DNA of 63,721 bases, filler included, from Octopus bimaculoides (GCF_001194135.2; 5 parts of 5 records of this genome joined end to end with filler, not necessarily neighbours in it); one strand, 5' to 3'. Numbered from the whole stretch's first letter, positions 12,945-24,726 are shown. The notes: generated from the sequence alone by a model not told the origin. Numbers and translations: made by a program.

Positions 12945-13262
12945 AACGTAATTGGCACTCCGTCGTACGACGACGAGGGCTACAGTTGATCCGATCAACG
13001 GAAAAGCCTGCTCGTGAAATTAACGTGCAAGCGGCTGAGTACAACACAGTGCGCGCATACTCTTAATGCAGTTCTCAGAGAGATTTAAAGTGGCACAAAA
13101 TATGACGAGGCTGGCCTTTTGAAATACAGGTACTACTCCTTTTTGCCTGAAGAGTGGACTGGAGTAACGTGAAATAAAGTGTCATACTCAAGGACACAAC
13201 GCACTGCCGGGAATCGAACTGACTACCTGAGCCGAATATCCTAACCACTAGACCACGCGCCT
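12945..13262 (-). mobile_element. tRNA-derived SINE (same head and core as 6624-6892, different 3' part)
   Basis: GAGTGGACTGGAGTAACGTGAAATAAAGTG, CCGGGAATCGAAC (reverse B box), CCTAACCACTAGACCACGCGCC (reverse A box). Confidence 0.8.
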
Positions 13263-13369
13263 TGACGAAAGAAGCGAAGCAAGAGGAATGATATTTCCCT
13301 TAATGTAGCAAGCACATCAGCACAGGTCGAACTCGTAAAAGCTGAGTATACACATTTTTTAACATTATT

Positions 13370-13502
13370 TACAATTGACGGATATTTGTCCTAACCTTGT
13401 TTGTTGTTAACATAACGTTTTGGCTGATATACCTTCCAGCGTTCATCAGGTGTCTTGTGGAAATTTCGAACCTGGGTTCTCATTCCTAAGGTATTTTTCG
13501 AT
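13370..13502 (-). mobile_element. SINE body, inverted relative to 13730-13875
   Basis: GGAAATTTCGAACCTGGGTT..CCTAAGGTATTTTTCGAT is the reverse complement of ATCGAAAAATACCTTAGG..AACCCAGGTTCGAAATTTCC. Confidence 0.85.
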
Positions 13503-13509
13503 GTTGTTG

Positions 13510-13561
<52 letters not shown>

Positions 13562-13565
<4 letters not shown>

Positions 13566-13626
13566 TAGTTTTATTTTTATAACGTGCTTTCACTTCACTA
13601 CCGAGCGCAGCTCTGTGTGCCTTGGG
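13562..13626 (-). mobile_element. Extreme 3' end of an R4/Dong-type LINE with (AAT)n tail
   Basis: Reverse complement matches the 3' UTR at 32433-32498 with one mismatch in ~66 nt. The (ATT)n tract at 13503-13561 is its tail. Confidence 0.9.
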
Positions 13627-13629
13627 CCC

Positions 13630-13875
13630 GTGGGCATATGGCGTAGTGGTTAAGAGCGCGAGCTCCTAAGCCCAAGATTCCGAGTTCGATTCCAGGTAGT
13701 GACTTGAATAATAATAATAATAATAATAACAAATCGAAAAATACCTTAGGGATGAAAACCCAGGTTCGAAATTTCCCCAAGGCACCTGTTGAATGTTGGG
13801 TGGTATATCAGCCGAAACGCTGTGTTAACAACAAACAAGATGAGGAGAGACATCTGTCAAATGTAAATAATATAC
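13630..13875 (+). mobile_element. tRNA-headed SINE with internal (AAT)n
   Basis: A box TGGCGTAGTGG (13639), B box GAGTTCGATTCC (13682), CT-CCT-AA loop-like motif, then (AAT)n and a body shared with 13370-13502 and 21455-21550. Confidence 0.85.
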
Positions 13876-14759
13876 ATAATTCCTTATCTCTTACATACAG
13901 AACTGTATTACAAATTTTTGATTTGAGGTTTTAGTCCACGCTTCTATCAACTGCACTTAATTTGGTAACGTAAGAGAAAGACATAGGCATCGATGAGGCC
14001 AACGTGCTACTATCCACAATTACACACCGATAACGCGCGTACGCACGTGTGTGTGTTCGCGTGCGCGTGTTTTGGTTAAATGTAGAATATCCGTCAAGTT
14101 TGAAATAAATTAGAGATTCACTTTCGATTGCAGACGGGCATTTTTATTTTACCCTGAAGCATATTTAGATTATTCGATTCTAACATGGCTATAGCTCGTT
14201 TATAATTGAATTTAGCTTTGCAAAAGATGAAAAACTGCAGCAGCAATATCATCAAGTGCAGCAATTGTAACAACTGTTCAAGAAACAACAACAGCAATAA
14301 AAACAACCAAAGAACCACGAAAACATTGTATTATTATTGTTTTAGAATTTAACTATTAATTAAATAAATGCTGGTGCTGTGTATTTTACTTTTCTCCCCA
14401 CAAAACGATAATTAGCGTTCTGTCGTCTGTATTTGTCCTGAAAGATAACAACTATGGCAATACATTTGATGCAACATCATTTGAAAAACAAACAAATCTA
14501 ACAAGGAGAATAATCAACTTTAGAAGAGAAACAAAATCAAAGCAAGAACTGTAATATCAACAATGCTCAACGTCTTTCTACGTAGTGCCAGATGGAAGGA
14601 TCAGATTCCAAGAAGGATTAATAAAACGGGGGAACCTATAACAGAGTTGCGTTGAAGCCCGAATAACGCCTTGTGTAACTTTTCAGCTTCGATAACAAGT
14701 TACATAATATATATTAGTTTGCGGTCGGTATTCGAGTAACCTTTTCACCACCTTGTTTT

Positions 14760-14761
<2 letters not shown>

Positions 14762-14850
<89 letters not shown>
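14762..14850. repeat. (AC)n microsatellite
   Basis: Visible directly in the sequence. Confidence 0.97.
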
Positions 14851-14852
<2 letters not shown>

Positions 14853-15418
14853 TATACTACCATAACCGTGACGTCAAGAATGCGTCCAGTTTTACTAATG
14901 ATGAAACATGGTACATCCAACAATGGAAGAAACCACTGATATATGTCACAAATCGTATAAATATTTGCAGACAAACAGAATTGAATCACGTAAAAAAGAA
15001 AAGATACAGTTGTAATATCTACGAAAAGAATATTATCGTCTACATAATGTATAAAACATCCACTTTTCCATGCTCATATAGATCAGGCAGATTTTGTACA
15101 GCTTGATGCATTTCCCTCACCTGTCTCTAAGTGAAGAAATATTACTTTAAATATGTTCAGATATGATAACATGGAAGATTGGAAACAAAGAATACTTGTA
15201 GCATGACAATGGCACTCACAACTATTGTTCGATATCAAGGCAATGAAAGTAAAACAAACATAGACGCATATAAACCTACACACATATGTATACATATGCA
15301 TATTTTTATGTCTGCGTGTGTATGTGTATGTGTGTGTTTGTGTGTATGAAACCAATGTCAGTCTTATTAACTCACAATCAATGCAGTGTTGAGCACTCAC
15401 ACTCAAACTTCGATATTA

Positions 15419-15491
<73 letters not shown>

Positions 15492-15559
15492 CATACATAC
15501 ATATATATATACATGCATANNNNNNNNNNTATATATATATATGAGACAAGCTATCATAA

Positions 15560-15730
15560 TTGTTATCACGCCGATCAAAATACCACTATTTCGTCCAAAT
15601 TCCACCGTGGTTGACTTACTTTGCCTTTCATCCTTTTGGAGTCAATAAAATAAGTACCAGTTGAGAACTATGTCGAGGTAATCGACTTACTCCACCCCTG
15701 AATTTGCTGGTCTTGTGGCAAAATTTGCGA
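15560..15730 (+). mobile_element. SINE fragment (19192-19407 family)
   Basis: CAAATTCCACCG..TTTGCCTTTCATCCTTTTGGAGTCAATAAAATAAGTACCAG. Confidence 0.7.
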
Positions 15731-15810
15731 CCATTATTATTATTATTATTATTACTATTATTATTATTATTATTACTATTATTATTATTATTACTATTAT
15801 TATTATTATT

Positions 15811-16353
15811 GAGTGAGAGTACAGTGCATGCCATCAAAGTGACACTGGGGTAAAATATACAAACCCCATTATACCCATCACGACTACCCGTCTGGTAAGG
15901 GTACACCAGGCACATGCATCACAACCATGTGCGCGACATGGTGATCTCATATCAAGATAAACAGCGCATGACCTTGCACGTTGGGCCCAGTTAGAATTTT
16001 CTTCATGTCGAGTAGCCCACCCCATTCAAAAGGTCACTGAATAAGGTTTGTTTAAGAATGTTGAGCAAAACACCTATGTTTCCAAACGTGAATTATTCGA
16101 ACGCCAAACAATTCCTCTCAACACATGGCTATGATGCCCCCCTACTACTTCTGCTCATGATCAGAGATGCACATATCGTCAGCGACCAAGGGACATGCTC
16201 AACTGGTTAAGGTCAAACAACTGACAAGCAAATCTGTGGTATTAAGGAGAATATTTGCTGTAGCCCAAGACAAAACAATGTACATGATAACACTTCCATT
16301 CAATTAAGATCAGAAGCCATGAGAGACACTGCCTGGTTCTGCATCTGGGCATT
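15811..16353 (-). mobile_element. ~550-bp non-coding element flanked by (AAT)n, copy 1
   Basis: Highly similar to 16394-16948 and inverted relative to 21856-22386 and 24232-24620. No ORF and no tRNA head seen. Confidence 0.85.
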
Positions 16354-16393
16354 TATTATTCTTATTCTTATTATTACTATTATTATTATTATT

Positions 16394-16945
16394 GAGTTAG
16401 AGTGCAGTGCATGCCATCAAAGTGACACTGGGGTAAAATATACGAAGCCCATTATACCCATAATGACTACCCGTCTGGTAAGGGTACACCAGGCACATCC
16501 ATCACAACCATGTGCGCGACATGGTGATCTCATATCAAGATAAACAGCGTATGACCTCGCAGGTGAGGCCCAGTTAAAATTGTCTTCATGTCGAGTAGCC
16601 CATCGTGCTCAAAATGTCCCTGAATAAGGTTTGTTTAAGGATGTGGAGCAAAACATCCATGTTTCCAAAGGTGAATTATTCAAACCCCAAAGAATTCCTC
16701 TCAACACATGGCTATGATGCTCCCCCACTACTTCTGCTCATGATCAGAGATGCACATATCGTCAGCCACCAAGGGACATGCTCAACTGGTTAAGGTCAAA
16801 CAACTGACAAGCAAATCTGTGGTATTGGGTAGAATATTTACTGTAGCCCATCATTTATACCAAGACAAAACAATGTACATGACAACATTTCCAATCAATT
16901 AAGATCAGAAGCCATGAGAGACACTGCCTGGTACTGCATCTGGGC

Positions 16946-16948
<3 letters not shown>
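16394..16948 (-). mobile_element. ~550-bp non-coding element flanked by (AAT)n, copy 2 (tandem)
   Basis: Same ends as copy 1 (GAGT.AGAGT.CAGTGCATGCC ... GCATCTGGGCATTT), separated from it by ~40 bp of (ATT)n. Confidence 0.85.
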
Positions 16949-16984
<36 letters not shown>

Positions 16985-16987
<3 letters not shown>

Positions 16988-17200
16988 TTTGCTCTGGTTC
17001 GGTCTTATTCCTGGTCGGATTTATGTTGATGGCAGCTTAAAGTTTCCACTAGCTTTCAATAGATTTTCTCGTGCAAGAAATCTATTCCAATATCTTTCAA
17101 CCATTTGTTTATATCTTTGCTTACAATCCCCAGTGAATCAATTGTTATAGGCACAAACTTTACTAATTTCATTTGGAATTATTGTTCTTTGTAACGCAGG
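16985..17200 (-). mobile_element. R4/Dong-type LINE 3' fragment
   Basis: Minus strand reads MKLVKFVPITIDSLGIVSKDINKWLKDIGI (cf. VPIVIGALG..KWL), then a short UTR and (AAT)n tail. Confidence 0.6.
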
Positions 17201-17267
17201 CATTTGTTGGAACTCCTGGAATCTACGGCTAAGTATTTTGTCCGCCTTACACTTAGAATATACAATG

Positions 17268-17474
17268 GTTCCTACTTTTGGCACTGGTCCAGCCGTTTTT
17301 GAGATGGTGGATAAGTCGATTACATCCACACTTGAACTTTAACTGCACATATTTTATCGACCCTTAAAGGATGAAAGCCAAACTGAACCACGTCGAAATT
17401 TGAGCTTAAAACGTAAACATAAACGAAATGTTACTAGCATGTCCAGTATGCTAAAGATTCTACCAGCCCGCCGC
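17268..17474 (-). mobile_element. tRNA-derived SINE, degenerate
   Basis: AAGTCGATTACATC, TTTTATCGACCC..AAAGGATGAAAG, GATTCTACCAGCCCGCC. Confidence 0.7.
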
Positions 17475-17636
17475 TATATAACACTTAAAGTATGTAAAGG
17501 ACTCTTAGTATTTATGGTTTTATAATTTTAAATTCGGCGTTGCTAATCGAGTCACTTATAGAAGTTGTGGTTAGACAAATTACGAACTACTAGAAAACAT
17601 AGGAAAACTCATCATTTTAAAAATGTATTTCTATAT

Positions 17637-17770
17637 TTCCTACAGGGGGCTAAACGTAGTGAAGACAAACAAGGACAAACAAAGGGATTAAATCGATTAC
17701 ATTTACCCTAGTGCGTAAACAGCTACTTATTTAATCGCCCCCGAAAGGATGAAAGGCACAGTCGACTACT
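17637..17770 (-). mobile_element. SINE 3' fragment
   Basis: AAATCGATTACAT..CCCCGAAAGGATGAAAGGCACAGTCGAC. Confidence 0.6.
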
Positions 17771-18547
17771 ATAAATATATTCTGTTGATGAGATCTAGAA
17801 TGCCTCAATACGTAAATAGAATTATTGCTTGAAAAGTGTTACTGTTTCAACCTAAACAAACCGGGATAATAACAAAAGTGATAATTGCATAAAAACGATC
17901 AAATTTTGACATACCCGTGCACCTCACATCGAAATCCTTGTAACGGCTGGGATCTGAGGTGTTGAGGCCGGCATCACTCGCTGTTTCTATTTAATTTGTG
18001 CATGCATAGACATATATACATATACATTCACTGTTACACGCACACTCACACACACATATACATAGATACGTATCTTTGCCATCGGATATTTTCTTATGTC
18101 GAAGAATTTCAACTTCTCCCACTTCAAGAAAATGCTGGCAGGAAAAAATGCCAACGGCATGAATTAGTTTACAGCAGTTGTTGTTAACCGGCTTGATAGT
18201 GACCCACACAATATGCTTCCAGGGCAAATTTCTGTAACACATGCAGAATGCAATTGGCAATACCAGGCGAGGAAATATCAACGGGCTGCCGCTGATTCTG
18301 TAGTAGTTTAGCCAGTGCATTATCTAATTCAATTAATTATTTTGGTCAGGAAATGGATTGAAAATGACACCAAATATACGTTTGTAAAATATATTCTAAA
18401 TTGATTATGCAGATTTAATACGCTCTCTCTACATACTAACAAATTTTAGAGTGGAACGGTTAGATTATATGATGATATATCTAAGACAATTATGGCGTAT
18501 GATAAGAATAGATTTGGTAGGCTAATATTTCTGGATGCTATAAAGAT

Positions 18548-18756
18548 GATAGCAGATAGAATCGTAAGCATGTCAGACGAAATTCTTAGCAGCATTTCGC
18601 CCATCTTTACGCTCCGGTTTCAAATTCCGACGAAATCGGTTTTGCTTTTCATCCTTTCGGTGTCGATGATATAAGTACCAGTGGCGCATTGGGGTTGATA
18701 TAGTCACTTTAGCCCCTCCCCGCCAAATCTGCTGCTCTTACGCCAAAATATGAAAC
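18548..18756 (+). mobile_element. tRNA-derived SINE, degenerate
   Basis: GAAATTCTTAGCAGCATTTCG, TTCAAATTCCG, TTTGCTTTTCATCCTTTCGG, AAGTACCAGT. Confidence 0.75.
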
Positions 18757-19191
18757 GAGTGTTTGTGGATGCTAAGCCGAATATTCGAATATCCCCAGAA
18801 ATTTTTTTCGGGAAATCAATCTCCGTATTTTGAATAAAACATTGATAATTCAGTCAGATCCGTCAGTAGTAGTATTTGTAATATTTTGGTTTCAGTCTTT
18901 GAGCCCTTTTTAGTTTACACGCTGTTTACGACATTGCTTGCAGCTATATTAATTAGTACGGTACGATTAAATATTTCGCTGAAAGAATTTCAATCATTGC
19001 CAATGCAATCTAGTGAAATCCCCGATCTTTAGATATGACAGTTTGTGTTTCTATGATCTATGATTAATAAATGTTCTTAGAATGCCACTCCAGGAAATAT
19101 ATGCTGTATCTAATAAGCATACAAATTTCGGTTGGCTGATAGAGAACATACCTGCGAGTATATGTGTTATGTCGATTATAAGAATTGGTAA

Positions 19192-19407
19192 GACGGTGAG
19201 CTATCAGAAACGTTAGCACGCCGGGCGAAATGCTTAGCGGTATTTCGTCTGTCTTTTCGTTCTGAGTTCAAATTCCGCCGAGATCGATTTTGCTTTTCAT
19301 CCTTTCGGAGTCGGTAAATTAAGTACTAGTTGCGTACTAGGGTCAATCTAATCGATTGGTCCCCTCCCCCCAAATTTCGGGCTTTGTGCCTAGAGTAGAA
19401 AGGAATA
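19192..19407 (+). mobile_element. tRNA-derived SINE, full length
   Basis: CGTTAGCACGCCGGGCGAAATGCTTAGCGG, B box GAGTTCAAATTCC, TTTCATCCTTTCGG, ends GTGCCTAGAGTAGAAAGGAA. Confidence 0.9.
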
Positions 19408-21454
19408 TACTCTCTGGTGAATTTTCAAAGGCAATGGGAAGAGAGTAAAACATCTAGCCAGGAGACAGGATTTTATTTGACTCCCTTAAAGCGTCCTCCA
19501 ATCAATGGCGTTCGACAATTCGACAAGCTCAATGAATAATGATACTAAGTTTCAAATTCGTATAACTGAATACATGTCGTCTTTTTCCAAAGATGTTAAA
19601 AGTGTAAATAAATTGAAATCGGCTTAGAGTCTTAGTTTGTGAAAAGAGTATTCTTTAATCCAGTGAGTTTATGATTTATTGAGTATATTTAAACTCAAAT
19701 GTCTTCGCCAAATCCCCGCAATTTCACTGTGTACACATTTAGGAAACAATAATATTGAATTTTTTAGTCAATCCTAGGAATTACATTTCCTAATATGACC
19801 ATGTAATTTGAATACATCCTTTAATGTCTTTACACAGCCTATTTTGAATGCGCTGAACCCAAGGCAAGGAAACACCAAAAACAAAACCGAAGATTTTACT
19901 GAAGATAATCGAAAAACATCTCGATAAACTCGAGATAAACATTAGATATTTAGCATGCAGAAAATGAACCGATTTTTGAGCCTCTATATCAACACTATCC
20001 CTACCTCAATTAGCAGCAAATTTCACCGCAAATTTCACTCTACCGTCTGAAAAAAGGGCAGTTTGAATAGCATAATTCTGTCTCAACATAGCTGGCATGG
20101 TCATCGTAGGTACGTCTTTTAGCTATGGGACTACTCTATCAGGAATGGCTTAAAGCTAAATGCCATCAGCCAGTCGACGTAGAACGAAATAACCATGGCT
20201 GATGCACAATTAAAAACAGGTTAGAGAATTCATTTGAAATGTTCTTAAATTAGTCACTTTCTAACTTACTCTTGTTCATTAATATAACCTCTTCATCTAC
20301 CATTCCAAAACCATTCAACTGACAAAATCTAGGTATTTGATCACATTGTCTAATGGTCGGGAGTTTTAAATGAAAGGGTTTCAAGCTTTTTATTTTTTGT
20401 CAATATCAGCAACATCGGCTAAAATAATTATCACACAGACAAGTAAATTTAAAAATAAGTAACAGGAAAATTATGTAAATAGCTCACATTTTATTTTTAG
20501 TCATGTAATTGAAAATCTTTTTTGCTCACATTCTGTTGTTTAGGACAATTCAAAAAAAATATCATGAAACAAATCGCGTGGAATGATCCCAGCACAATTG
20601 CTAAGCCATTAAGCGTATTGAACCCCGTACTAAATGCTAGAAAACATCGTTTGTAGTATTTCATTAACGATGCTTATACTAATTGCTTAAGCCATCTGGA
20701 GGCGAGTATCTGATCATGATCTTAGTGTATCATCGACAATGAAGTATAAACCTTTTGCTCTTTAACCGGCAATCCAACATCCCAACAAGTAAATCAACCA
20801 GAGTTTAGACAAAAACGTCATTTACATAAAGTTTATGTGTTTTCTTTCCCATAATGACAAATCATTTTAGGACTTGTGCAATTAATTTCGTCTGACCTAA
20901 AATGATAGCTGCAAATCAAACACTATGAATGATGTGCAGTGACATTTAAAAACGTTGGGTTTATATTTTCTCGCATACATTTACTTAGTTTTCTTCTGTT
21001 TTCAGTTCATCAGTCTTTGAAATAAAATCATTGTTCATTAATTTTCTGAAAACCGACATATCATGTAAAAGCTTATGACCTTTTTCCTAGAGTGGATGTG
21101 GGTACAAAGCAAATCAAATTTGTTTTGAAATATCAAATGTTGTTACGCTTCCGTGCCATAATTCATACATCATGTTAGATACGGCAGTATGTCACGTTAT
21201 GATTAAGTACAAGCGTAACTAAGCATACTTAAACACGAACATTATTTCCGAAATCCATTTACTAATTTCTGAAGACAAAGTGCGTATGTTTGTGTTTGGG
21301 ACAATTGAATTTGACTATAACCACGGCATTAACGACAAAATTAACGTAAATAATAATAATAATGACAGTAATAATAATAATAAGAAAAAAAAAGAAGTAG
21401 AAGAAGAAGAGGAAGGAGAAGACGAAGAAGAAGAACAACAACAACAACAACAAT

Positions 21455-21550
21455 AACATCGAAAAATACCTTAGGAATGAAAACTCAGGTTCGAAATTTC
21501 TCCAAGACAGCTGATGAAGGCTGGAGGGTATATCAGCCGAAACGTTGTGT
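21455..21550 (+). mobile_element. SINE body (13630-13875 family), head missing
   Basis: CATCGAAAAATACCTTAGGAATGAAAACTCAGGTTCGAAATTTC..TATATCAGCCGAAACG. Confidence 0.8.
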
Positions 21551-21810
21551 GACGCTCCTCACCCACTTCCCCCCTCTCACAGAGTATTCTGCTGCGTTTT
21601 CTCCATGTTGATGAGGAAAACGCAACTTTTGACTAAAGAAGATTAATTCAGTTGCCCTGTCCCACAAAACTGAGAGACCCAACAAGAAAATAAACTCACT
21701 AGTCGACAGTGGTTAACATGTCTACAATGGTTCAAATTTCAAGGCTGAAAATGCACGTATCATGTGTTTTTCTTTACAAAATCTACGGAGCAATGCCAAG
21801 CGTGGCTTTC

Positions 21811-21845
<35 letters not shown>

Positions 21846-21855
21846 TAATAATGAT

Positions 21856-22386
21856 AAATGCCCTGATGCAGTACCAGGCAGTGGATCTCATGGCTTCTCA
21901 TCTTAATTAATTGGAAGTGTAATCATGTACACTGTTTTGTCTTAGTATTAAAGATGGCTTACAGTAAATATTCTGCTCAGTACCACACATTTGATTATCA
22001 GTTGCTTGAGCTTAACAAGTTGAGCGTCTCACTTGTTGACTGCACCTATAATCACGACCAGAAGTAGTATGGGGAGCATCACAGCCATGTGTTGAGAGGA
22101 ATTCTTTGGGGTTTGAATAATTCACCTCTGGAAACATGGATGTTTTGTTTAACATCCTTAGACAACCCTTATTCGGGACCTTTTGAACGGAAGGGGCTAC
22201 TCGACCTGAAAAAAATTCTAACTGGGCCCCACCTGCATGATCGTACGCTGTTTATCATGATATGAGATCACCATGTCGCGCACATGTGGCTGTACTCATA
22301 TCAGACGGGTAGTCATGATGGTTATATTGGGCTTCGTATATTTGTACCCCAGTATCACTTTGGTGGCATGCGCTGCTCTCACACTC
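21856..22386 (+). mobile_element. ~550-bp non-coding element flanked by (AAT)n, copy 3
   Basis: Starts AAATGCCCTGATGCAGTACCAGGCAG directly after (AAT)n and ends CTCACACTC-GATAATAAT. Reverse complement of copies 1 and 2. Confidence 0.85.
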
Positions 22387-22400
22387 GATAATAATAATAA

Positions 22401-22616
22401 TCTTCTCCGTTATAGACACAAGGCCGAAATTTTGGGAAAGAGGATTAGTCAAGTACATCGACCCCAGTGCTCGACGGATACTTATTTTTATCGACCGCGA
22501 AAAGATGAAAGGTAACGTCGACCTCAGCAGAATTTGAACTCAGAACGTGAAGACGAACGAAATACCGCTAAGCATTTGGTTTTGCCCGGCGCACTAACTG
22601 CTCTGCCAGCTCGGCA
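22401..22616 (-). mobile_element. tRNA-derived SINE, full length
   Basis: CACAAGGCCGAAATTTTGGG, TACTTATTTTATCGACC, GAATTTGAACTCAGAACG, CGCTAAGCATTT, TCTGCCAGCTCG. Confidence 0.85.
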
Positions 22617-22689
<73 letters not shown>

Positions 22690-22820
22690 GCTACTACTAC
22701 TATTATTATTATTATTATTATTGCTACTACTATTATTATTATTATTATTATTATCATCATCATCATCATCATCATCAATAATAATAATAATAATAATAAT
22801 AACAACAACAACAATAATAA
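22617..22820. repeat. Compound (ATT)n-(CAT)n-(AAT)n-(AAC)n microsatellite
   Basis: Visible directly in the sequence. Confidence 0.95.
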
Positions 22821-22894
22821 CGATTTCTAATTTTTGCCACGAGGGCAGCTTGGAGGAGGGGATTAAGTCGATTACATCGATTCCAGTGAGTATT

Positions 22895-23555
22895 TTGCCA
22901 TTCTGCTGCCAAAAGCTCATCAAACAAGTGCAGCATATGTATGTAAAAATCGAAGGGCAGACCATCCAATCCCGGAAACATCTCCCTCGTGCAACTAGCA
23001 GAACGCCAGGTGCCTGGGCGGAAGTCGTAGCATATCATGAACGTAAGCAGTGGAGTTCACCTCCGAGCCAGTTCAGCAAAGTGCCACTGAATTTCCGCAC
23101 AAGTCTGCTTCGACTCGTGTAGCATGCGCCCGTCCCGACGCCTCAAAGAATTGTAGTTTTGTTACCACGTTGCGCCTCGGCCACCCAGGCCCATCGAACC
23201 GATTTCGTTCCCTCCTGTTTAGAACAAGCGTCACAGCTCTGACAATACAACCTACATGCTTAGCGTTGAAGAATTGGTTCAGAAACAATCTCGCTTCCAG
23301 CACGTCGGTCACTATGCCTTTACTGATTGCTTCTTCAAATTTCCTAACTAGGTCTCCCTAGTCTTCTCTGTCGATAGTTCCCTGCTAAATTCTACAGCTT
23401 CTAGTCTAAGACCCGTTTTCGGGGACCCCACCATCGATTGTTGACGACTGTACCAATCAACTTTCGATGGACTAACTTGCTAAGCCGGACTCTGAAAGCT
23501 TCACGCGCCGGCAAGGGCGCGTTCATTTTCCAGTGCCCGGGTCCCTGCGTATGTT
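22895..23555 (-). mobile_element. L1/Tx1-clade LINE ORF2 fragment (endonuclease-RT linker and start of RT)
   Basis: Minus strand gives GPGHWKMN (cf. GPGYWKLN), VLEARLFLNQFFNAKHVGCIVRA, VAEAQRGNKTTI and FPGLDGLPFDFY (cf. SPGLDGLPYEFY), with frameshifts. Confidence 0.75.
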
Positions 23556-23689
23556 TTTGTTGTTATTATTTTGTTCTCCAATGAGACTCTTCGTAATTCT
23601 TGTCAATGTTATTCTTCGTGCTACTACAATTTCCGTGTATTGAGGATGACTTTACTTCTTCCTTCTCTCGCCTTCTTTCTTCTTTTCTT

Positions 23690-24230
23690 GACTCTTCTCT
23701 CCTCCTCCTCCTCCTCCTTCTCTCCTCCTCCTCCTCCTTCTCTCCTCCTCCTCCNNNNNNNNNNNNNNNNNNNNNNNNNNNNNNNNNNNNNNNNNNNNNN
23801 NNNNNNNNNNNNNNNNNNNNNNNNNNNNNNNNNNNNNNNNNNNNNNNNNNNNNNNNNNNNNNNNNNNNNNNNNNNNNNNNNNNNNNNNNNNNNNNNNNNN
23901 NNNNNNNNNNNNNNNNNNNNNNNNNNNNNNNNNNNNNNNNNNNNNNNNNNNNNNNNNNNNNNNNNNNNNNNNNNNNNNNNNNNNNNNNNNNNNNNNNNNN
24001 NNNNNNNNNNNNNNNNNNNNNNNNNNNNNNNNNNNNNNNNNNNNNNNNNNNNNNNNNNNNNNNNNNNNNNNNNNNNNNNNNNNNNNNTTCTCTCCTCCTT
24101 CTCTCCTCCTTCTCTCCTCCTCCTCTCCTCCTCCTTCTCTCCTCCTTCTCTCCTCCTTCTCTCCTCCTCCTCCTTCTCTCCTCCTCCCGACCGTCTCCTC
24201 CTCCTCCCGACCCACTCCTCCTCACCTCCC
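23690..24230. repeat. Pyrimidine-rich (CTC/CTT) degenerate tandem repeat spanning an N gap
   Basis: Visible directly in the sequence. Confidence 0.9.
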
Positions 24231-24231
24231 C

Positions 24232-24620
24232 TCAGTTGAGCATGTTTCTTAGTGCCTGAGGATCTATGCATCCCTGACCACGAGCAGAAGTAGTAGGGGA
24301 GCATCATAGCTATGTGTTCGAATAAATGGAGTTCGAATAAATCACCTCTGCAAACATGAATGTTTCGTTTAGCATTCCTAACCCTTATTCAAGGTCTATT
24401 CGAGCAGGATGGGCTACTCGACTTGAGGAAAATTTTAACTGGACCCCACCTGCAAATTCATGCGCAGTTTATCTTGAAATGAGATCACTATGTCGTGCAC
24501 ATGTGGTTGTGATGGATGTGCCTGGCGTAACCTTATCAGTCGGGTCGTCATGATGGGTATATTGGGCTTCCTATATTTTACCCCAGTGTACCTTTGATGG
24601 CATGCACTTCTCTCTCACTC
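24232..24620 (+). mobile_element. ~550-bp element, copy 4, 5'-truncated, (AAT)n tail
   Basis: CAGTTGAGCATG..GAGCAGAAGTAGTAGGGGAGCATCATAGC..GGGCTACTCGAC..TGATGGCATGCAC..CTCACTC-AATAAT. Confidence 0.8.
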
Positions 24621-24643
24621 AATAATAATAATGATAATAATAA

Positions 24644-24726
24644 TACACCGGGAATGTTTAAGACTACACCGGGGATGTTTAAAGACTACACCGGGGATGT
24701 TTAAAGACTACACCGGGGATGTTTAA
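24644..24726. repeat. 22-bp tandem repeat, ~4 copies (TACACCGGGGATGTTTAAAGAC)
   Basis: Visible directly in the sequence. Confidence 0.9.

Noticed and set aside
13630-13705. tRNA-Arg(CCT) gene
   Set aside because: A and B boxes are present, but the acceptor and anticodon stems do not pair. It is a SINE head.
23566-24307. Glu/Arg/Gly-rich ORFs and other ORFs spanning N runs (30052-32437, 34334-35125, 51343-52077)
   Set aside because: Their length comes from N gaps and simple repeats.
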